A DNA stretch of 37,027 nt, taken from IMG/VR virus record IMGVR_UViG_3300047282_000660, positions 1 through 37,027 of that record. One strand, 5' to 3'. Positions 26,599-34,468 of this stretch are shown piece after piece. This stretch comes from a virus. Taxonomy: Duplodnaviria; Caudoviricetes. Every line of letters starts with the position of its first letter. Position 1 is the stretch's first letter. The notes beneath the pieces are model-generated. The model saw nothing but the letters and a program-made list of their open reading frames with translations, did not search any database and was not told the DNA's origin. The translations under genes and the position numbers were made by a program.

Positions 26599-28263
26599 TT
26601 AAAAACTTCTAACCGCTCTAACTCTTGCATTTGATGATTTACCAATATAACTTCCAGTTCCTGTACCAAGATTTACAACTTTTGCAAACACCGGAAATCC
26701 TGATAATTGAGAAGATGACCAATAATCAGTACTTGCTAATCCACCTATGTCATTTCTATTTTGACCTATAAAAAATAATTCGGTATAACTTGGCAGATAC
26801 CAATCAGAATACCCACCTTCTACTAAATCTGAACACAATTTAGCGGCTATTCCTGATTGTACGCATCCAGCCAAAATATTATTTGTATTAGTTTGTCCTT
26901 CACCAACATCATCAGAAGTGGTTATATCAGTACCTTGACAACCAAAAGATGCAGCGGTTGAAACATCGGTAGATGTTATTATTAAACCATGTTGTTCTCC
27001 AGGCACATATCCAGGATAACCATTTGGAATTATAAATGCAACAATACCACCTAATGCAGAATCTCCAATATTATATGTAATTGGACCAGCAGTTGTTGTG
27101 GTTGTGGTAGTTGTTGTGGTTGGTGCTGCAGTAGTTGTGGTAGTTGTTGTGGTTGGTGCTGCAGTAGTTGTGGTAGTTGTTGTTGGATAAACATACGAAG
27201 TATCTAATTCTTGGAATTTACCAGTTATTGCAATTTCATCTTGTGCTTCCAAACTAAAACTTAATCCGCTAAATGAAAAAATAATTTCATTCGTTCCACC
27301 ACTAAACGTATATGTGTAAAACGTTGGAGATATGAAATCACCATTTATGTAAACTTGAAACCAGTTATCAGTATCAAACACCCCAACTAATTCTGATGGT
27401 AAAAGTGGTTTTCTAACATTTACTAATTTTGCTGTTGTTGAATTTACAAAAGTAGCTATTTGTGAACCTCTTATTGCAACAAAGTTAATCACTTCTGCAT
27501 ATTCATTGTATAAATTTGCACCTGTAAACAAATCACCGGTTAAATCAGTTTCAATTCCAAATACAACTCTTTTTGGAGAAAATGATTTTGAAACAGTTGG
27601 TTTATTATTAACTTGGTCTGGTAAAAGATATGCACTTACATTTACATTAAATGTTGTTCTAATTAATCTTTCCGTGCCGTTTGCTACTTCTTGTGTTGTT
27701 TCAAACGAACTTATAACAGATCTAAACTTAAACCCATCAACGTTTCCCCAATATTTTTCACTTTCATTTTGAAATTGCTCAATAATTTTATTCATATGCT
27801 CAGTAAATGAAGTCCATATAGCAACTTCGTATATAATCGTTACATATGCCGGTACTGTAATATTGTAAAATTCATATGTAGGTTTAGCACCCGTCATTAT
27901 ACTAAACTTATCATATCTATTTTTTTGAGAATACTTTTTTGCAAAAGGCATTGTAATAACTTCCCTAAAATGTGGAAGATTTTCATCCTTTTCAATTGAA
28001 TTTCTTTTAAACATCACCAAAGGTATTTGAATTTTACCTCTTTGGTCTCTTAAATATCCTTTTTCTCTTGCACTAGCCCATCTTTCAGCATTCCCATATA
28101 TTAATGGAACTTTTACTAAATTACCATTTTCTTCTAAATCAGGAATAATAACTTTTGACATGTATTCTGCTATCGCAGTATCAACGTCAATTATTTTAAC
28201 GCCTTTCTGAAATTCTTTATCAATAGATAACTGTTTTGCTCTATTTGTTTCTCTTCTTTCCAT
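26599..28263 (-). CDS. gp15: T4 gp15-like tail terminator/sheath stabiliser with C-terminal extensions (beta-domain, poly-Thr linker, DUF1566/Lcl-type C-type-lectin-fold domain)
   Basis: KVPLIYG..ERW...KIQIPL...P.YV.I.YEV.IWT....MNKIIEQ resembles gp15 and the gene follows gp13 and gp14. The C-terminal DWYLPS..EL...YWSSS...VRAVRSF is a DUF1566-type signature. Confidence 0.75.
   Translation of the reverse strand: MERRETNRAKQLSIDKEFQKGVKIIDVDTAIAEYMSKVIIPDLEENGNLVKVPLIYGNAERWASAREKGYLRDQRGKIQIPLVMFKRNSIEKDENLPHFREVITMPFAKKYSQKNRYDKFSIMTGAKPTYEFYNITVPAYVTIIYEVAIWTSFTEHMNKIIEQFQNESEKYWGNVDGFKFRSVISSFETTQEVANGTERLIRTTFNVNVSAYLLPDQVNNKPTVSKSFSPKRVVFGIETDLTGDLFTGANLYNEYAEVINFVAIRGSQIATFVNSTTAKLVNVRKPLLPSELVGVFDTDNWFQVYINGDFISPTFYTYTFSGGTNEIIFSFSGLSFSLEAQDEIAITGKFQELDTSYVYPTTTTTTTAAPTTTTTTTTAAPTTTTTTTTTTAGPITYNIGDSALGGIVAFIIPNGYPGYVPGEQHGLIITSTDVSTAASFGCQGTDITTSDDVGEGQTNTNNILAGCVQSGIAAKLCSDLVEGGYSDWYLPSYTELFFIGQNRNDIGGLASTDYWSSSQLSGFPVFAKVVNLGTGTGSYIGKSSNARVRAVRSF
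27101..27183. repeat. Exact 33-nt tandem repeat (2.5 copies) encoding a poly-Thr/AAP linker
   Basis: GTTGTGGTAGTTGTTGTGGTTGGTGCTGCAGTA at 27101-27133 and 27134-27166, partial copy at 27167-27183. Confidence 0.95.
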
Positions 28264-28730
28264 TATACAATTCTCATTTCAGTTTGTATAGAACTACGTC
28301 TAGTCATAAATGTTGAACATATGATTGAGAATTTTTCTCCATTTCCAGATTCAGTTCTACCACCTACTAAATAGTCTTCTCTTACATTATCAATTTCAAA
28401 ATAAGCATCATTATGAAAAATAATATCACCAATCTCAGGATAAAAATCTTTATCTTTTAATGTCAATCTATTAAAACGAAATTCTACAGTTTGACCAACA
28501 TCAGAACCAAATCCTTCATAATTTGCCTGTGCTTCATCTCTTTGAATAATTGCAGTACATTCAACTCCTTGATAATACGATTTACTCAATGATTCACCAT
28601 AGAGATTAAGTTTACTATCTTCTACAATTAATTTGTAAAGAACTACAATGTTTTCAACCACTGCATCAACTAATTCTCTAGATATTCCTTCAAAGAATTT
28701 TATATCTCTTGATAATGCAAATCTTGCCAT
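28263..28730 (-). CDS. gp14: T4 gp14-like neck (head closure) protein
   Basis: NLYGES...EGFG...F...YPEIGDIIF....FEIDNV resembles the gp14 P.EGDLIYF...FEI motif; lies between gp13- and gp15-like genes. Confidence 0.7.
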   Translation of the reverse strand: MARFALSRDIKFFEGISRELVDAVVENIVVLYKLIVEDSKLNLYGESLSKSYYQGVECTAIIQRDEAQANYEGFGSDVGQTVEFRFNRLTLKDKDFYPEIGDIIFHNDAYFEIDNVREDYLVGGRTESGNGEKFSIICSTFMTRRSSIQTEMRIV

Positions 28731-28734
28731 AATA

Positions 28735-29901
28735 TTAACCTATATAGATTGCTAACGGTACTTTTCGTAACATTTCTTGATGAGCGTTTGTTTCTGTATT
28801 TCTATTCTCAAATTGCTTTGTTCTACTTAGTTCTTCCAAAGTTTCTCTTAATTGTGTCATTAAAGTTTCTTTTTCAGTTGTTGCTTCTGCTCTTAATGCT
28901 GCGCCATCCAAACTTATTTCAGAACCTGGAATCGGAATTTGTGAATATTTTTCTCTCACAGCACCTAACATTTCTTTAACAAGAGCTAAACAGTATTTTC
29001 TAATCCATTGTTTACCCACATCATTTATTCCACCATATTCCATAAAATCATAAGGAATATCAGAATAATCTGAAATTACGTTTGGTGTTACATTTGTAGA
29101 ATTTTCAGTAAAATCATCTTTTACAAAATAATCAAAATATAATTTTCCATAAAGATTAATGTGATTTGTTGTAGGTTTTGGAAATACTCTCATTTTTCCA
29201 TTTACAATATTAAAAGTAAATGCCGATTTTCTGAACTGGTCATTAAATTCAATCGCCTGAATTCTCAACATATCTTCAAATATTGGCATCAATATAAACT
29301 GTGCCGCTGGCGAATAAGAACCAAATCCGAACTCATCAATCAAATTCAATGTACCCTGTCCACTTACTGAATAAGGGTCAAAGAAACGATTGATTGCAGG
29401 TACTGGTTCGTGAAAAACTTTTACAATTTCTATACGTTTTCCACTTTCAGAAACAGCCGCCCAAAGAGTATCTAAATTATATTCTTGTTGACCAGGAATT
29501 AATTCTACATACCCTTTTTTAATATCGGTATTACCACCAACTCCTGCCAAAGTTCCATATGCATCGGAAATTGAAATTAACGTAGGAAGGTTTGACCCTT
29601 GAACTAATTTACTAGAAAGATTTGTAGATTTAGATTTTCCTCTTAATGTATCTAAATTATTTCTAATATTAAATTGATTTACCTGCGCACCGTATTCTGA
29701 TACCGCTTCTTCAAAACAAGCATAGAAATTTTCATCTATTAATTCTATATTTTGAATAGGATACCCCAATCTTCTTGCACACCAAAGAGCAACTTTAGGT
29801 GCTTCTTCTTGGAACTCGTAATCATTATCATATATTCCAAAAGGGGTCTGCCCTGGGAAAAACGAAGATGATCCAGGATATATTAATGTTTCTAATGCCA
29901 T
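28735..29901 (-). CDS. gp13: T4 gp13-like neck (head-tail adaptor) protein
   Basis: RRLGYPIQNIEL...FYACFEEAV and WIRKYCLALVKEMLG..R.K....IPG..ISLDG..L..EA..EKE.L match the conserved N- and C-terminal gp13 motifs. Confidence 0.88.
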   Translation of the reverse strand: MALETLIYPGSSSFFPGQTPFGIYDNDYEFQEEAPKVALWCARRLGYPIQNIELIDENFYACFEEAVSEYGAQVNQFNIRNNLDTLRGKSKSTNLSSKLVQGSNLPTLISISDAYGTLAGVGGNTDIKKGYVELIPGQQEYNLDTLWAAVSESGKRIEIVKVFHEPVPAINRFFDPYSVSGQGTLNLIDEFGFGSYSPAAQFILMPIFEDMLRIQAIEFNDQFRKSAFTFNIVNGKMRVFPKPTTNHINLYGKLYFDYFVKDDFTENSTNVTPNVISDYSDIPYDFMEYGGINDVGKQWIRKYCLALVKEMLGAVREKYSQIPIPGSEISLDGAALRAEATTEKETLMTQLRETLEELSRTKQFENRNTETNAHQEMLRKVPLAIYIG

Positions 29902-29926
29902 TATAAGTACTTATTTTAACGTTACC

Positions 29927-29935
29927 TATAAATAT
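29927..29935 (-). promoter_or_regulatory. ATATTTATA motif, putative late promoter for the neck operon
   Basis: About 25 nt upstream of the ATG at 29901; extended context ACCTATAAATATTA is shared with the copy at 12337. Confidence 0.6.
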
Positions 29936-29958
29936 TAGAAATAGGAAGTTTAGTTATT

Positions 29959-30528
29959 TTAAAAAATCTCTATTGGAAAATGCGTAGAAACATTAGATGC
30001 TGGGTATATTTTTCTGGATGTATTGATTGGAAATAGAGAATTTGTTAGAGTGGCCATAACCATATTTGCACCCGTACCGAATATACCAAAATTATATTCT
30101 CCTGCTGTGAGTGTTGTTGTACTATTATTTACCGGTCTCACATCATAAATATCCCATTGTGTTAGAGAGCCACCCACTCTTTGAGAAACTACGGATGGAT
30201 TATTAATTCTAGATTTTGTTTCAAAACTTTTGTTTGAAGAACCCCCATCTATTGTACCACCACTACCCGCTACTACGGATAAAGTACCAGTAACACCATA
30301 TGTCAATTGTGACCAGTTATCAGATGTACTTTGTGTTATTCTTATCATTCTAAATCCAGTAAATGTAATTGGTTGTGTTACAACAAATCTTCTTGTTGTA
30401 CTAATATTTGTTCTAACCAAATCCCCAGTAGATGCCTGTCTAACTCCGCTAACTATATATGAACTAAAGTTTGAATAAAAAGGTTTATCTGATACTATTT
30501 GGTATCCGTTTTCAAATGTAATACTCAT
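29959..30528 (-). CDS. Hypothetical protein (189 aa), possibly a fibre-associated beta-rich protein
   Basis: Starts 1 nt after the 899-aa stop and fills the gap to the next promoter motif; no family recognised. Confidence 0.7.
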   Translation of the reverse strand: MSITFENGYQIVSDKPFYSNFSSYIVSGVRQASTGDLVRTNISTTRRFVVTQPITFTGFRMIRITQSTSDNWSQLTYGVTGTLSVVAGSGGTIDGGSSNKSFETKSRINNPSVVSQRVGGSLTQWDIYDVRPVNNSTTTLTAGEYNFGIFGTGANMVMATLTNSLFPINTSRKIYPASNVSTHFPIEIF

Positions 30529-30529
30529 A

Positions 30530-33229
30530 TTATGCTATTTCGTAACTTCCGTTCCAAATAAATCTGTCACTAGATATCCAAGTAAATGGTGCAGTTGCGT
30601 TTACATCACCAGCAGTTCCACCTGTGGTTTGGTATTGTATAGGTGCTTTATGATTGAATCCTGCTCTTGCGCCTGCTACTGTAGCATTATACCAAGCAGT
30701 ACCATTATCCAATAAAGTTGCACTCATTAAGATAGCATCTGCATGTGATGCTGTGAATGGCATTGATACATACCATTCTCCAGAACCAAGTGTAGTTGTA
30801 GTTCCAATTACAATATTACCTCTTACAAAGCAAGTCTTACCAATTACTTTATAGTAACCTTCAATCGTTCCATCTCCGATTGCAGGATTTGAAGATGCTG
30901 CTGTCCATTGTGGAGTGTATGCAGTCCATCCGTTATCAATTCTACTTTCGTTTATAGTTACTGAACCAGTTAAATTTGTTGAACCACTTAATATAGTTGA
31001 ACCACTAACCTGTAATCTATTGTTTATAGTAGCCAATCCACTATTATTTATTTGTAAATTACTACCACTATTTAATACAAGGTTTGATGCACTTGCAAAT
31101 AAAGTTGCTTCACTAATTGCAGTTGAACTTACAATTAAAGAACCTGTTATTATTTGAGTTCCATTAAAGTTATTTGCGTTTAGTGTTGCAAATGTAGCAA
31201 AGTTTACAATTTGTGTAGATGATGATATAAGAGTTGCTGCCTTTAATGATGCGGTGTACGCTTCCAATCCATTAACTTCACCTCTTATAGAACCAGTAAA
31301 TGTATTAAGAGATGCGGTTGTTTGCCATATTCTTGCAAATGAACCAGTAACAATATTAAGTGATGCCGTTGTTTGCATTATTCTTTGCAATACAGAATCA
31401 TTAGAACCTGTATAAGTATTTAATGCAGTCACATCACCACCACCTGCTCCAAATCCCAGTGCGGTAATTTGTGCTGCGCCACTTATTAATGTAGTTGCTT
31501 TTAATGATGCGGTGTACGCCTCAATACCATCTATTTCCGCTCTTATAGAACCAGTAAAATTGTTTAATGATGTCACATCTCCACCACCTGCTCCAAATCC
31601 TAAATCAGTTATTTGTTGTGATGAACTTATTACACCAACAGGTAAATATTGTGCAACCGATGCCGTATTTACTAAATGAGAATCATACGGAACATCATTA
31701 ATATATAAACTTGCAGTTGTCCCTGCTACTAAAGTACTTATATAAAAACTTCCACTTGGTGTAAAACTAAAAGCAGGATTTGCTCCTAAAGTAGAATTAA
31801 AATAAATTGGAGCTGCTCCAGTGTCAGTACTAAATGATAAAATTGAATTTCTATTGTTATTCGTATCATTTGCGTATATAGATACATTGCCATTATTTCC
31901 AACAACAGATAATGCACCCATTCCTAAGCCAATAGAAGCCGCATCATCACCAAAATAAACTCTAGGTTCACCATTAGTTCCATCCAAATAAATTGAACCC
32001 GTAACAGAAAGTTCTGACTCAAAAGTTGATTTTCCAAATCCATCAACATAGAATCTACGAGTTGAGAAATCTTGTGCATCAGAATCTGTCCAAACTTCAA
32101 CTTGTCCAGCTAAGTTGCCATTAGCCCAATCATAATTGTAAACTTTTAATCCAGTAAATCTGTTTGTGAAATCACCTTTAGTAATACCATAATTTATTTG
32201 AACAGCATTTCCTTGAATAGTTGAGTTTACACTATCACCAACTAAACTTCCACTTACTAATTCGGAAACATTTGTTGTTGATGATGATATAAATCCAAAA
32301 TCAGTTATTTGTTGTGATGAGCTTATTAAACCATCTATTGATGCCGGTGAAATACCCGATGTTCCAGATGTACCATCAGAACCAGCTGAACCTGTAATTG
32401 TTAATCCGCTTGTACCAGAAGTTCCATTAACACCGGAGCTCCCATTACTTCCACTTATATTAATAGATGATGAATATTCCAACGCAATTATTCTTAAATC
32501 TATTGAAGAAGAATATTCATTAAAAGATGATGTTGTTAATAATGAACCACTATCCAATAAAACCGAAATACCCGATGTACCAGAAGTACCATGTGAACCA
32601 GATGAACCTGTTATTGTTAATCCACTAGTTCCTGATGTGCCACTACTACCATCAACTCCAGAAGTACCTGCTGAACCTGTAATTGTGATTCCACTTGTTC
32701 CACTACTACCATCTACACCAGATGTACCACTACCACCAGTTATCAAAGAAGCGGTTGCTACTAAAATAGTAACATTACCAGGACCACCAACCCAAATATA
32801 ACCTTCTTTAAGAGAAGCAGTAAGTGAACCTGTTAAATTAATATCACTAATTTGAATTTGATTATCTGCATTTATAGAAATAGATGCAGTTTGATTATTA
32901 TCACCAATGAAATAAATTGTACCTTTTGAAATCCAAAGGTCTTTCCAAGCATTTGTTGCCGAACCTAAACTAAAAGAAGATGTTAAATCACCATCGGCAA
33001 CATTTGGTATAATTGAACCAGATATACGAAGTGAACTACTTAATACATTTCCAAAAGTACCGGATGTACCAGAAGTTCCATCTCTACCACTAACACCTGC
33101 TTGCGATATTGTTAATTGTGGTTGAGAAACTTGGACATTAATATTAGTTACAGCATTTTCTACCGCTACACCAGTCTTTGGGACTTCAACCGTTACAGTT
33201 GTTATATCTTTTTTTATTTCTACGGACAT
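30530..33229 (-). CDS. Fibre-like virion protein (899 aa): GTS triplets, coiled-coil-like segments, receptor-binding-type C-terminal head
   Basis: GTSG runs; LNNFTGSIRAEIDGIEAYTASL / LNTFTGSIRGEVNGLEAYTASL heptad-like repeats; the C-terminal WTAYTP.W......IG.GT..GYYK.IGK..FV...SMPF...GSYE domain is typical of phage fibre heads. Confidence 0.75.
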   Translation of the reverse strand: MSVEIKKDITTVTVEVPKTGVAVENAVTNINVQVSQPQLTISQAGVSGRDGTSGTSGTFGNVLSSSLRISGSIIPNVADGDLTSSFSLGSATNAWKDLWISKGTIYFIGDNNQTASISINADNQIQISDINLTGSLTASLKEGYIWVGGPGNVTILVATASLITGGSGTSGVDGSSGTSGITITGSAGTSGVDGSSGTSGTSGLTITGSSGSHGTSGTSGISVLLDSGSLLTTSSFNEYSSSIDLRIIALEYSSSINISGSNGSSGVNGTSGTSGLTITGSAGSDGTSGTSGISPASIDGLISSSQQITDFGFISSSTTNVSELVSGSLVGDSVNSTIQGNAVQINYGITKGDFTNRFTGLKVYNYDWANGNLAGQVEVWTDSDAQDFSTRRFYVDGFGKSTFESELSVTGSIYLDGTNGEPRVYFGDDAASIGLGMGALSVVGNNGNVSIYANDTNNNRNSILSFSTDTGAAPIYFNSTLGANPAFSFTPSGSFYISTLVAGTTASLYINDVPYDSHLVNTASVAQYLPVGVISSSQQITDLGFGAGGGDVTSLNNFTGSIRAEIDGIEAYTASLKATTLISGAAQITALGFGAGGGDVTALNTYTGSNDSVLQRIMQTTASLNIVTGSFARIWQTTASLNTFTGSIRGEVNGLEAYTASLKAATLISSSTQIVNFATFATLNANNFNGTQIITGSLIVSSTAISEATLFASASNLVLNSGSNLQINNSGLATINNRLQVSGSTILSGSTNLTGSVTINESRIDNGWTAYTPQWTAASSNPAIGDGTIEGYYKVIGKTCFVRGNIVIGTTTTLGSGEWYVSMPFTASHADAILMSATLLDNGTAWYNATVAGARAGFNHKAPIQYQTTGGTAGDVNATAPFTWISSDRFIWNGSYEIA

Positions 33230-33230
33230 C

Positions 33231-33608
33231 TTACTTAGTTACGTTTTTAGATAACTTAACTTTACCTTCTAATAATCTCGTAACTTCATTTCCATTTACC
33301 ATTTCCAAATCATAAAGTGCTTCACCAAAATCTAAAAGTGATGAAGATACAGCTGATATGTAAACTGCTATTGAACCAGAAGATAATGGTGTTGTTCCAT
33401 TAGAGCCACTTAAATTAATACCAGTACCATCCGCTTTTAAGGATGATGATAAAGAAAGTAAAGGAGAAGAATCATAAGAAGTTCTTAACTGCATTCTTCC
33501 ATGATAACCAGTTAAGTCTATTGCAGAACCACTTTCGTCTGTCCAATTTATTTGAAAATTTGTGGTTGCTCCTTGCTCTATAATGAATGAATATTTACCC
33601 GCTGCCAT
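33231..33608 (-). CDS. Small Ig-like/BppU-like virion adaptor protein (125 aa)
   Basis: IEQGAT...IDLTGY..RMQLR...YDLEM....VTRLLEGKV....VT, a widespread phage structural family usually preceding a fibre gene. Confidence 0.7.
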   Translation of the reverse strand: MAAGKYSFIIEQGATTNFQINWTDESGSAIDLTGYHGRMQLRTSYDSSPLLSLSSSLKADGTGINLSGSNGTTPLSSGSIAVYISAVSSSLLDFGEALYDLEMVNGNEVTRLLEGKVKLSKNVTK

Positions 33609-33628
33609 ATATTTAATGTGTTTACCAC

Positions 33629-33637
33629 TATAAATAT
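33629..33637 (-). promoter_or_regulatory. ATATTTATA motif, putative late promoter
   Basis: 20 nt upstream of the ATG at 33608 and just downstream of a terminator. Confidence 0.6.
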
Positions 33638-33656
33638 AAACAATTCTTAAAGGGGT

Positions 33657-33689
33657 AAAATAAAAAAAGGAGTGTTTTAAACTCCTTTT
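33657..33689 (-). terminator. Rho-independent terminator after the 222-aa gene
   Basis: Minus strand AAAAGGAGT-TTAAAAC-ACTCCTTTT followed by TTTATTTT. Confidence 0.8.
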
Positions 33690-33696
33690 CTATTAT

Positions 33697-34365
33697 TTAC
33701 GATTTTAATTGTACCGTTCCTAAATCTAGTATCAAATCTTTTCCGGCAACATTTCCCATATTTGCTCTTGATGCTGATACATAAATTACAGCGTGTGTTT
33801 GAGCCGTACCATTAAATGTACTACTACTAAAAGAATTATATCCAGCAATATTTGAAACCACACCATTATAACTTAATATTTTTAATCCTTTAACATCGTT
33901 TGAATCTTTTAATTGACTATTAAATGCTGGATTTAATGCTGAAATAGGTATTGCAACTTTAGCAATAGAACCTGTTGCAATTGATGCAGATAAGTTTGCT
34001 TGTGTTCCTACATTTACCCAAGAAGCTGACCTAAATAACGCAACGCCAGCTCCAATCCTTAAACTTCCGGTTGCCCAATAGTTAGTATCTCCTTTTATTA
34101 TGTTTGCATCTTTTGGGTATTTTGCTTCAAAAGCCTGATTAGAACTACTTACTAAAATACCATTTTCAGTATAAATTCCTAAATCAGCATCAACCGTTGC
34201 ACTATTTAATGATTTTTGTCCATTTATTAAAACAGTATAATCCGTAGAACCGCTTCTTTTTGCATCCGTTGTTGGATTTAATGCCATACTTGCCGATGCT
34301 TGCAAACTATATCCCCAAGATGGATTCCAAGTACCGGTTCTTCTTATTGTTTTATTTTGTCCCAT
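33697..34365 (-). CDS. Putative capsid decoration/accessory protein; C-terminal half paralogous to the major capsid insertion domain
   Basis: Immediately after the capsid gene, with its own upstream motif and terminator. SASWVNVGTQANLSASIATGSIAKVAIPISAL aligns with capsid SASWADLGFDTALSASVAS...GRIVKLTIAKSAI. Confidence 0.65.
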   Translation of the reverse strand: MGQNKTIRRTGTWNPSWGYSLQASASMALNPTTDAKRSGSTDYTVLINGQKSLNSATVDADLGIYTENGILVSSSNQAFEAKYPKDANIIKGDTNYWATGSLRIGAGVALFRSASWVNVGTQANLSASIATGSIAKVAIPISALNPAFNSQLKDSNDVKGLKILSYNGVVSNIAGYNSFSSSTFNGTAQTHAVIYVSASRANMGNVAGKDLILDLGTVQLKS

Positions 34366-34381
34366 ATTTTAATTTATTTAG

Positions 34382-34390
34382 TATAAATAT
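34382..34390 (-). promoter_or_regulatory. ATATTTATA motif, putative late promoter
   Basis: 16 nt upstream of the ATG at 34365 and just downstream of the capsid terminator. Confidence 0.6.
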
Positions 34391-34404
34391 TAAATTTCGT
34401 AAAC

Positions 34405-34440
34405 AAAATAAAAAAGGGAGTGATTTCTCACCCCCTCTTT
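34405..34440 (-). terminator. Rho-independent terminator after the major capsid gene
   Basis: Minus strand GGGGGTGA-GAAA-TCACTCCC (one G-U pair, GAAA tetraloop) followed by a T-rich tract. Confidence 0.85.
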
Positions 34441-34468
34441 TAATATGAATCGTAGTTAGATTCGATTA

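Noticed and set aside
26599-26760. Diversity-generating retroelement
   Set aside because: A plausible target fold is present, but no reverse transcriptase or second template copy was seen in this window. It cannot be called here.
34447-34464. Small GAATC/GATTC hairpin after the capsid stop
   Set aside because: Only a 5-bp stem with no U-tract; the stronger terminator lies just downstream.
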